Shown here: positions 24,736 to 32,290 of the stretch, piece by piece
Layout of the letters: each line of letters begins with the position of its first letter
Position numbering within the stretch: position 1 is the first letter of the stretch
Virus record (IMG/VR): IMGVR_UViG_3300030118_002829
Span: 62,001 to 94,290 of that record
Length of the DNA stretch: 32,290 nucleotides
Direction: 5' to 3' (one strand)
Source of the DNA: an uncultured virus (IMG/VR IMGVR_UViG_3300030118_002829)
Lineage: Duplodnaviria; Heunggongvirae; Uroviricota; Caudoviricetes
The notes under the pieces: model-generated
What the model saw: the letters and a program-made list of their open reading frames with translations, nothing else
Told to the model about the DNA's origin: nothing
Databases searched by the model: none
Translations under genes and position numbers: made by a program

Positions 24736-25117
24736 AGGAGTAATTTATTCATTAGCATATCCCGAAATTGAAATCACAAAAGATGATAGACAATCAATAG
24801 GATATAGGATAAGATTGAGAGTCAATTTTAGAGCAAAGAATAATTTATTTCTTCTTAAATTACAAAGAACCCTAGAGGACAAGGGAATACAGTCCTATTA
24901 CAAAGCAAAGGAGAAAGAAGGTAGGCCCTATCCTTTGCTAAGATTGACGAATGTAGATAATCTGATTCAGTTTTTCAGATTAATAGATTCAGATGAGCCT
25001 ACATCAAATGATAGATTCAATTCCTTTGAAGAAGTTTTGACGCTTGTTTCTAATAAGCATCACTTGAAACAAAAAGGTTTTGAGCGCATATTAGAAATAA
25101 AGGGGTTATTGACTTGA
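24713..25117 (+). CDS. single-motif LAGLIDADG-fold protein, probably nuclease-inactive
   Basis: QLEGVIYSLA motif position, GYRIRLRVNF strand, KHHLKQKGFERILEIK tail. Confidence 0.65.
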   Translation: MFTQGQLEGVIYSLAYPEIEITKDDRQSIGYRIRLRVNFRAKNNLFLLKLQRTLEDKGIQSYYKAKEKEGRPYPLLRLTNVDNLIQFFRLIDSDEPTSNDRFNSFEEVLTLVSNKHHLKQKGFERILEIKGLLT

Positions 25118-25965
25118 GTTTAATGGATATGAGTAAAAAAGAAAGACCAATATTAATTACAGGAAAAAGCGGAACAGGAAAAACAACAATTGCTAAATCA
25201 ATGTCTAGAGAAGATTCTCTTATCTTCTATGCAAATGAGATAGAAGACAGAGATTGGAAAAGTGTTACAACCGATGTTATCATTGAAGAAGTTCATTACA
25301 AGCCTAATAAGGATGTAATAATGAATGTCATTAGAAATTGTAAACACCAGATTGTTCTTACATCAAATGATGAAAAGAGTATTCCGACTGAAATTAAAAA
25401 CTGTTGTAGAGTAAAAAGAGCAGGTAGTGTTTGTCATTCACTTGATGCACTAAAACAATTAGCACCTAGAAGTAATAAACCTCATAATATAGAAATGAGT
25501 ATTTTTGAATTGGTAAATGATTACCTAAAGAATACGAATCGTTCTCAAGTGCTTGAAAACTTCAAACATAACAGACCTGCTGATACTCAAATCATGACTT
25601 GGCTCGGTCTAAATATTCACCCTAACAAATTAGTGTTTGTAGATGGTAGAGTAAAGAGAAGATGGTCAAGTGATTATTTTTACGAGTTATTGACTTACTC
25701 ACATGATGGAAAGATGTATTCTAAAACTACCTTTCCAAAAAGAGGCAACTATTCAAAAGTCCCGAATATCCTCAGAAAGTTAAAGATAAAACCGAATCAA
25801 GGCTATTTACTGCCTCAATTGTTACAGGATTCGGAGTTTGAAGAATGGGCGACAAAGAGATTGAAAAGTGAAGAAACTAGAATTGTTGGTATCAAGGATA
25901 AGAAAAGAGCGAGGAATGCTCCAATTACTCCTGATAGAACATTAAGATTAGAAGGATGGTTTTAG
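25114..25965 (+). CDS. AAA+ ATPase, divergent clamp-loader (RFC large subunit-like)
   Basis: ILITGKSGTGKTT, VIIEEV Walker B, IVLTSN; adjacent to RFC small subunit. Confidence 0.7.
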   Translation: MSLMDMSKKERPILITGKSGTGKTTIAKSMSREDSLIFYANEIEDRDWKSVTTDVIIEEVHYKPNKDVIMNVIRNCKHQIVLTSNDEKSIPTEIKNCCRVKRAGSVCHSLDALKQLAPRSNKPHNIEMSIFELVNDYLKNTNRSQVLENFKHNRPADTQIMTWLGLNIHPNKLVFVDGRVKRRWSSDYFYELLTYSHDGKMYSKTTFPKRGNYSKVPNILRKLKIKPNQGYLLPQLLQDSEFEEWATKRLKSEETRIVGIKDKKRARNAPITPDRTLRLEGWF

Positions 25966-25967
25966 AA

Positions 25968-26906
25968 ATGTTATGGACTGAAAAATATAGACCCAAGAGA
26001 ATACACCAATTGATTGGCCAAGAGATGTTTAAACTCGATGCTGAGAATTGGATAGAGAATAAAGAAATGCCGAATCTACTATTGTATGGTGGTGCAGGAG
26101 TTGGTAAGACTACTGCCGCAGGTATTCTAGCAAATGAGATGTTAGGCTCAGAGATTGATTCAAACTACTTTGAAATCAATGCTAGCGATGATAGGAGATT
26201 AGAAGTAGTAAGGACTACTATCAAAGATATTGCTCAACAAAGAGCAATAGGTGAAGTTCCCTTTAAGATAGTATTACTAGATGAAATGGATGGTATGACA
26301 CCCGATGCTCAAAATGCATTGAAAAGAATTATGGAAAGATACGAGAATAATGTTAGATTCATTATTACCGCTAATGATAGAAGTAGGATTATCTATCCAC
26401 TTCAATCTAGATGTGCTAATTACTTCTTTTCTAATCTTGAGAATGCTACAATTTTGAGTTTATTGCAGACGATTCTGACGAATGAACAAATTTCAAATCC
26501 TCCTTCCGAGGATGATTTGGGCGGCTTTATAACCTACTACAACGGTGATGTTCGTAGAACAATAACGGAAATGCAAGCCGCACTTGCAAGTGGATTAAGT
26601 TTGAGAAAACAATCTGAAAAGAGTTTAGAGAAATATGATAAAATCTTAAATTTGTTAATCGAAGGAAACCACAACAAAGCATTAGAAGAATTACACAATG
26701 CCCTATATTCTGGAAAAACTGTAAAAGATATTTGTAATGGATTACATGAAGTTATTGTAAATGGCGAAATGGAAGACAATTTGAAATTCAAATATCTTAG
26801 AGCAGTTGGTGAATCAGAATGGAGAGGCAATTCAATGACCCCAAGAGTGCTAGTATCTTGGTTGGTATCCCAAATGAGAACTCAAGATTCTCAAAGGAGA
26901 GTATAA
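25968..26906 (+). CDS. rfcS: replication factor C small subunit
   Basis: WTEKYRP, GGAGVGKTT, EINASDDR, LLDEMD, AQNALKR, LQSRC, GDVRR. Confidence 0.95.
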   Translation: MLWTEKYRPKRIHQLIGQEMFKLDAENWIENKEMPNLLLYGGAGVGKTTAAGILANEMLGSEIDSNYFEINASDDRRLEVVRTTIKDIAQQRAIGEVPFKIVLLDEMDGMTPDAQNALKRIMERYENNVRFIITANDRSRIIYPLQSRCANYFFSNLENATILSLLQTILTNEQISNPPSEDDLGGFITYYNGDVRRTITEMQAALASGLSLRKQSEKSLEKYDKILNLLIEGNHNKALEELHNALYSGKTVKDICNGLHEVIVNGEMEDNLKFKYLRAVGESEWRGNSMTPRVLVSWLVSQMRTQDSQRRV

Positions 26907-26967
26907 TCCTTAATGGATAATTAGCGAGAGCAAGACGAAAGAACAAAAACAAAATGGAGGAAAAAAC

Positions 26968-28200
26968 ATGGAAATGAATAATGAAATTGAAAAGTATGCT
27001 GAAATTATCGGTGTTACTGTTGAGGAGGCAACCGCTATCTTCAATGGTATTGTCACTGATAATAACTTGGATGTGAATACGGAGAATGGCCTAAAGGTGG
27101 CTAGAAGCGTATTTAGGTCTAAGTTTAGTCAAGCAAGAACAAGAATGATGAACGAACAAAAGACAGGTGAAACTCAACAAGAATACACTGGTCCTACTTA
27201 CACACAAAGGGCTAATGGTTTCTTTTGGGCGGCTGACAATGCTACCAATTGGGAGGAGAGGAATAGAAATACTCTTTTAGCCGAATATCAAAGAGATGCA
27301 AATACCGCACTTAACAGTGGTAAAATTGCAGTTGCAGTTCTACTTAGTGATGGTCGCTACGAGGTTAGCATTCTTCGTGATGGAGAAGTCACATCGAAGA
27401 TTATGGAGAAATTACCTAATACTGAACCTATGCAAGTTGATGATGATAGGTGGATTATACCTGTTGATAACAGAAAGGCTTTCCAAAGCGGTCAAGCAAA
27501 TCCTAACTACGGTAGACCTCTACCTGCTGAAAGATGGTCTAAGACTCTATACTTCGTAGGAAAGTTTGAAGATAATGCAGAATATTCCGAGTATCAACTG
27601 AGATTGAACGGAGAAATGGCGAAGAACTTCTCACCGAATACCTTTGTTTGGTGTTCATTAGATGTTGTTCCTAATTCTAATAATCCTAAGATTCTAAGTG
27701 CTAGAAAGGATGGAAGCACTGCTGACTCTTTGCAATATCTAGATAGTGATGAAAGTCTACTTGAAGTGATTCAAAATGTTCTAGGTGATAAAGTATCATC
27801 TCTAGTATCATTAGACGATTATCATTCAGAGAATTCACATAAGGCTTATGCTGATAAGTTGGTTATTACTGATGGTAATGTCGCTAACATGAAGTTGGAG
27901 CCTAACTCTAACGGAACAAGAGTATTACATCTAAGTGATTTGAATGCTGATTTTGATTATGAAGGTGAAGGTTATTCATCTGTAACTGCTTGGATTCCCC
28001 CGTCAATTGATATTGACTTTGGTATCGGTAGTAATGTAATCGTAAGTGGAAGGACTTCACAAGGAGTAGATGAAGAAGGTCAAATTAGACCCGCTACTAT
28101 CAATGTCCTAGGACTACATGTAGTAGATAGACATGGTTCGGCTGATGTTTACAGTGAACCTGTTGAAGATTCTAATGATGACTGGTTCAGTTGGGATTGA
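26968..28200 (+). CDS. probable ssDNA-binding (RPA/OB-fold-like) replication protein
   Basis: Position in the replisome cluster, beta-rich C-terminal half, acidic-aromatic tail EDSNDDWFSWD; function inferred. Confidence 0.55.
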   Translation: MEMNNEIEKYAEIIGVTVEEATAIFNGIVTDNNLDVNTENGLKVARSVFRSKFSQARTRMMNEQKTGETQQEYTGPTYTQRANGFFWAADNATNWEERNRNTLLAEYQRDANTALNSGKIAVAVLLSDGRYEVSILRDGEVTSKIMEKLPNTEPMQVDDDRWIIPVDNRKAFQSGQANPNYGRPLPAERWSKTLYFVGKFEDNAEYSEYQLRLNGEMAKNFSPNTFVWCSLDVVPNSNNPKILSARKDGSTADSLQYLDSDESLLEVIQNVLGDKVSSLVSLDDYHSENSHKAYADKLVITDGNVANMKLEPNSNGTRVLHLSDLNADFDYEGEGYSSVTAWIPPSIDIDFGIGSNVIVSGRTSQGVDEEGQIRPATINVLGLHVVDRHGSADVYSEPVEDSNDDWFSWD

Positions 28201-28317
28201 AACTAAATTACTCACAGGGTTTATCGAATAATAAGAGAAAAAAAGAAAAGCATATCGAGATAGTGTTGTTAGCATGAATCTCTTTCCCTATGAGTAATAA
28301 CTAAAGGAGAAATTAAT

Positions 28318-29202
28318 ATGAGTTTAACAAGTATGAAAAGCACAAAGAAAGAAGGAGCAGTAAAGTCTGAAGTCCAAAAGGAATTGCAATATCAGCAATG
28401 GAAAAAGGCTACTGCTGAACAAAGGAAGGCACAACTAAAGAGGAAACATTCTCATCTAGTGGTATCTATTGCCGCTAAAGCAAAGAATGGTAAATCGGGT
28501 TTAGCCCTAGACATTAGAACTCCCGAAGAAGTAAAGAACGGACATGTTATTCGTTTTCTTGACTTTGACGATGGAGCAGAAGTAACATGGAAAACCTGTT
28601 GGGATTCAGACCCTAACATCTATGTTTACTGTCCTAATCATTACAACTCTGATGGAACAGAGAATTATGCATTGACCATGCAAAATGCTCTTAACTTCGT
28701 TAGAGAAACAGAAGAAATGATTGAAGATAAAGATACAAATGTCAGAGCGTTTGTAGTTGATGGAATGGATAAGTGGAACGACTGTGCCACTAACAAACTT
28801 CGTTATGAAATTAACAAGGGCGATAGGAAGAAAATGACAAACCCTATTGCTCCTACTGCTTATGGAGCAAGGAACATTGACCACAATGAGTTGTTCATTA
28901 GTGTGCTAAGATTGGAATGTGATAAGGTATTTATTACCCATCTAAAGCCAACATTTAGTGACCACATGAACCCTACTCCAACTGGATTTGTTCCTAATTG
29001 GAATAAGGATGTTCCCGATAAGATGCTACAAATGATTGCTATCAAAGATGAATCTGTTGGTAACAATACTAAGTATGTAGCAAGGCTTCAAGCAAGTAAA
29101 ACTAACCCAAATATGGTTGGAAGAACATGGACTATCTTTGAGTCCAATGCTAAAGAAGCGAAATGGAATGGTCTTCCCGAACTACAAAAGAGGGAAATTT
29201 AA
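28318..29202 (+). CDS. RecA-superfamily / Sak4 (AAA_24)-like ATPase
   Basis: AKAKNGKS Walker A variant, FLDFDDG, FVVDG Walker B, FITH. Confidence 0.65.
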   Translation: MSLTSMKSTKKEGAVKSEVQKELQYQQWKKATAEQRKAQLKRKHSHLVVSIAAKAKNGKSGLALDIRTPEEVKNGHVIRFLDFDDGAEVTWKTCWDSDPNIYVYCPNHYNSDGTENYALTMQNALNFVRETEEMIEDKDTNVRAFVVDGMDKWNDCATNKLRYEINKGDRKKMTNPIAPTAYGARNIDHNELFISVLRLECDKVFITHLKPTFSDHMNPTPTGFVPNWNKDVPDKMLQMIAIKDESVGNNTKYVARLQASKTNPNMVGRTWTIFESNAKEAKWNGLPELQKREI

Positions 29203-29320
29203 GACTCATTCGTGAGTAGGGTTTTGTTGGGTAATAAAACGAGAAAGTGTTGGTAGGGGTTTACCTCCTTCAACAAGGGCAGGGGTGTCCTTCTTTTTCC
29301 CTATGAGCGAAAGCAAGGTG

Positions 29321-30103
29321 ATGAAAATGCAAATACAAGTAAACAAACAAGACATAGTAGAAGCAATGAAAAATGTCGAACTAAAAGGAAAATGGGCGAC
29401 AACGAGTGGACTATCTTCAAAGTCTTTGGGTAAATATATTCATTTTCAATTAAACGATAATCAGTTATTGTTAATCAATTCAGATGAATCTACTACTGCG
29501 ATAAAATCTATTCCAGTAGAAACAGAAGATAACGGCTCATTTGTTTTAGATATTGATATGATGAAAAAGTATCTAAGTAAAATGAATGATGATATTCTTT
29601 TTGAGATTGGAGACACTATCGTAATGAAATCAGATGGTAAAAGAGCAACAATGCCAATTGTTGTTGAGCATCCTTTTCATGGTAGAATTGAAAGATTTGT
29701 TGCTCAATGGCCGATAGCCTTTGAAGAAGATTTAACAAGAATACCTACAATTGGCAGTATAGATTTTAGTTGTGGAATACAATTAACAGGTGAAGAACTT
29801 CATAGTGCTATTGATGCATGTGAGATTGTAAACAATGGAATCTATAAATTAGATTTCAATGAAGGAGATGAAGTTAGTCGGCCTAAATTTATTATATCCT
29901 CTGAGCAAACGATTTCTTCTTATAGAGAAGAAGTTGCCTTTTCAAATATTATCGGAGAAGGAGCAACAGTATTGTTTAGTGGACCTATGCACAAATTCTT
30001 TGGAAAGAAGGAAGTTGTAAATATATTTCTTGGGGATGACCAACCCATAGTAATGATAACGGAAAATAGCGCATTGGTTCGTGCGCCAAGGTTAGGGATT
30101 TAA
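29321..30103 (+). CDS. pcn: DNA sliding clamp (PCNA-like)
   Basis: About 260 aa two-domain beta-rich pattern, C-terminal DDQPI...ALVRAPR; next to RFC and PolB; start ATG 29321 or 29327 after AGGTG. Confidence 0.75.
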   Translation: MKMQIQVNKQDIVEAMKNVELKGKWATTSGLSSKSLGKYIHFQLNDNQLLLINSDESTTAIKSIPVETEDNGSFVLDIDMMKKYLSKMNDDILFEIGDTIVMKSDGKRATMPIVVEHPFHGRIERFVAQWPIAFEEDLTRIPTIGSIDFSCGIQLTGEELHSAIDACEIVNNGIYKLDFNEGDEVSRPKFIISSEQTISSYREEVAFSNIIGEGATVLFSGPMHKFFGKKEVVNIFLGDDQPIVMITENSALVRAPRLGI

Positions 30104-30104
30104 T

Positions 30105-30296
30105 ATGACAATCTATATAGATGAAGAATGCGATATTTGCGGATTAAAGATGAAGGAAAATGTTGTAGGGATTCATTATCATAATGTATGTGTTGGTTGT
30201 TTAGAAACTTTGGTAAAAAACGCAGTTCACTTTCAGAAATTCATTAAAGGTAGAAAAATGCTTGGTCAAATATATGATAAGGAGATGAAAAAATGA
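30105..30296 (+). CDS. zinc-finger microprotein
   Basis: CDIC...CVGC. Confidence 0.7.
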   Translation: MTIYIDEECDICGLKMKENVVGIHYHNVCVGCLETLVKNAVHFQKFIKGRKMLGQIYDKEMKK

Positions 30297-31960
30297 TTAT
30301 CAGTTATATAGAATCAGATAAGACTATCAAGATTAGATGGAGGGATGAGAATAGAGAAAGAAAGGAGAAGTCTATTGAAGGTTTTAATCCTTATTTCTTT
30401 ATTCGTTCAACGGATAAAAGACCTGAAACTTACAAAACATCTCATAAGATTATAGGTGGTAAGTCAATAAAGCAAACTGGATTCTATGAATACAAAACTG
30501 GTGATTACAAAAACCTTCAAGGACAATCTTTGACTAAGGTTTTCTATTCTCACCCTAAAGATAAATACAATGCAATAAAGCCTTTTGTCGCTACATGGGA
30601 AGGAGATGTTCCTATCTGTCGTAGATATTGCGTAGATGAATTAGAGAATGTCCCCGAATATGAAATGAGAAAATGGTATTGGGATATGGAATGGATGCCT
30701 AAAGGTAGTGAGCATGAAGATGCTATTACTACTATTGCGGTGTATGATAATTACAGTAATCAATCTCAACAATGGGCGTGGTTGCCCGATGCTCCTTCTC
30801 ATTTACATTGGAAACAATCAGATAAGATAGCGATATTTAATAGTGAAAAAGATATGCTTGAAAATTTCGTAAATGTATTACAAGAAGAAGACCCCGATAT
30901 GCTGATTGCTTGGTGGGGATTGAAATCTGATATTCCCCAATTGATTAAAAGATTATTTGCTAACAAGATTGACCCAAGAAAATTATCTCCACATAAGGAA
31001 GTAAAGAATGTAGGATTTAATGCTTTAGGTAGTGTTGAGTATTCTAACATCGAACAACCGATTCGTGGTAGATTATGTCTTAATCTTGACTTAGCATTTG
31101 AAAGACAATGGATGGATGCTCAAAGAGGAACACTACCAAGTAACTCATTAGATTACTGTGCAAGTGTATCTGTTGGAGAAACTAAGAAGAAAGAATCTAA
31201 GTTTACTGATAGGAATGAATTCTTTAATCGAGCATGGCTAGAAGATACTCAAAATTACCTAGAGTATTGTCTTCAAGATGCAGAATTACTACATAAGATA
31301 GATGAAGAAATGGGATTGAGTGAAGGCGTATTGGCAGTTCAAAAGATTGTGAAAGCACCGTTTGAAGATTGTTTCTTCGTTACTATGATAGCCGCACCTT
31401 ATTTCATGAGAAACGCAACATGGAAAGCCCCTACTGGTAAAAAGGGTAGTAAGGAAAAATACGATGGTGCAATGATTTACAATCCGCTAGAAGAAGAAAC
31501 GAATGGATTACATCTAGGCGTTGCCGCTTTTGATTTTAGTTCGCTATATCCGTCAGTTGCCGTAGCAAGGAATATTTCATGGGAAACAAAATCCATTGAA
31601 CCAACCGAGTTTGCAGTCAATATTAGGACTCCAAGAAGTCTCGGAGAAACTATTACTGAGGATTGGAAATATTACAAAACGGATGAATTAGGATTACTAC
31701 CAAGAATGATTCTAACACTAAAGCCTCTTAGAAAACAATACAAGAGTAACATGTTAGAAGCACTACAAGAAGGTAATAAGAAAGAATATGTTAAGTGGAA
31801 TTCAATGCAAATGGCAACCAAGAGACTTTTAGCATCTCTATACGGAGCAACTGCGGCAGTTGGTTTTGGTTGGTATGATTTAGATTTAGCCGCTAGTATT
31901 ACTGCTAGTGCTAGAGAAGCAATTAGAGAAGCCGCATTTAAAGTGAGGGAATTGGAATGA
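30293..31960 (+). CDS. polB: family B DNA polymerase, N-terminal part (exonuclease + motifs A and B; no motif C)
   Basis: ExoI DMEW, ExoIII YCLQD, motif A FDFSSLYPS, motif B KRLLASLYG; stop soon after ITASAREAI. Confidence 0.9.
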   Translation: MIISYIESDKTIKIRWRDENRERKEKSIEGFNPYFFIRSTDKRPETYKTSHKIIGGKSIKQTGFYEYKTGDYKNLQGQSLTKVFYSHPKDKYNAIKPFVATWEGDVPICRRYCVDELENVPEYEMRKWYWDMEWMPKGSEHEDAITTIAVYDNYSNQSQQWAWLPDAPSHLHWKQSDKIAIFNSEKDMLENFVNVLQEEDPDMLIAWWGLKSDIPQLIKRLFANKIDPRKLSPHKEVKNVGFNALGSVEYSNIEQPIRGRLCLNLDLAFERQWMDAQRGTLPSNSLDYCASVSVGETKKKESKFTDRNEFFNRAWLEDTQNYLEYCLQDAELLHKIDEEMGLSEGVLAVQKIVKAPFEDCFFVTMIAAPYFMRNATWKAPTGKKGSKEKYDGAMIYNPLEEETNGLHLGVAAFDFSSLYPSVAVARNISWETKSIEPTEFAVNIRTPRSLGETITEDWKYYKTDELGLLPRMILTLKPLRKQYKSNMLEALQEGNKKEYVKWNSMQMATKRLLASLYGATAAVGFGWYDLDLAASITASAREAIREAAFKVRELE

Positions 31961-32202
31961 AATTAGAAGGGAGAAAATGCAGTTTTAAAAAATGTAAAAG
32001 AAGAATACTATCTGAACCAGTATTAATGGGCTTTTCACCGCAATGGATGGTCGAAGGAGCAATCAAAGGGTATTGTATCAAATGTTCTCTAAGAGAATGT
32101 TCTAATCTTATACCCGTAATAAATCCTCATCCCAATGATGAATTTGAACATTGGGCTATGATAGACGGGCAACTTACTCCATTAGTCCCAAAGGAGGAAT
32201 AG
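31957..32202 (+). CDS. Cys-rich hypothetical protein
   Basis: CSFKKC...CIKC; ATGA overlap. Confidence 0.7.
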   Translation: MKLEGRKCSFKKCKRRILSEPVLMGFSPQWMVEGAIKGYCIKCSLRECSNLIPVINPHPNDEFEHWAMIDGQLTPLVPKEE

Positions 32203-32203
32203 A

Positions 32204-32290
32204 ATGAAATTAAACGATTATCAGAATGAAGCAAGAAAGACCGCAATATATCCTATTGATGATGGGCTTACCTATACTGCATTAGGATTA
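32204..32290 (+). CDS. MazG-like nucleotide pyrophosphohydrolase, partial (MKLNDYQNEARKTAIYPIDDGLTYTALGL...)
   Basis: N-terminal YQxxAxxTAxYP...ALGL pattern; AGGAGG RBS; runs off window. Confidence 0.7.
   Translation, partial: MKLNDYQNEARKTAIYPIDDGLTYTALGL

Noticed and set aside
6524..29066. Remaining minus-strand ORFs and the nested plus ORF 27296-27559
   Set aside because: All lie opposite or inside long, motif-supported plus-strand genes of a uniformly rightward operon
5767..32202. Many proteins ending in EE/EEE as a shared C-terminal tag or degron
   Set aside because: Explained by the next gene's GGAGGAG Shine-Dalgarno overlapping the last codons

Overview
AT-rich, densely coding fragment of a tailed archaeal dsDNA virus. 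The gene set (archaeal-type PolB, PCNA-like clamp, RFC, ATP-dependent ligase, TFB, class II RNR, GroES/GroEL, tRNA-Arg) best fits a Marine Group II/Poseidoniales 'magrovirus'-like genome; this is inferred from gene content, not from a database search. Layout: (1) 1-540, the start of a leftward operon. (2) 664-4612, an ordered array of eight modules separated by nine copies of the palindrome (A)CCATATGGT. Each module is bounded by its own class of inverted repeat, cycling strictly A-B-C-A-B-C-A-B. A and B modules carry a shared promoter-like signature, small genes and a terminal hairpin, and the middle A and B modules are each inverted in place. (3) About 4860-5140, an AT-rich, iteron-like origin candidate. 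(4) 5286-32290, one long rightward block of metabolism and replication genes, including a dispersed ubiquitin-like system (Ubl ending GG-NC, E1/ThiF, JAB protease, possible E2-like protein), a degenerate LAGLIDADG protein and a PolB that stops before motif C. The strongest candidates for undescribed biology are the period-3 cassette array and the viral Ubl conjugation system. All calls come from motif recognition by eye.
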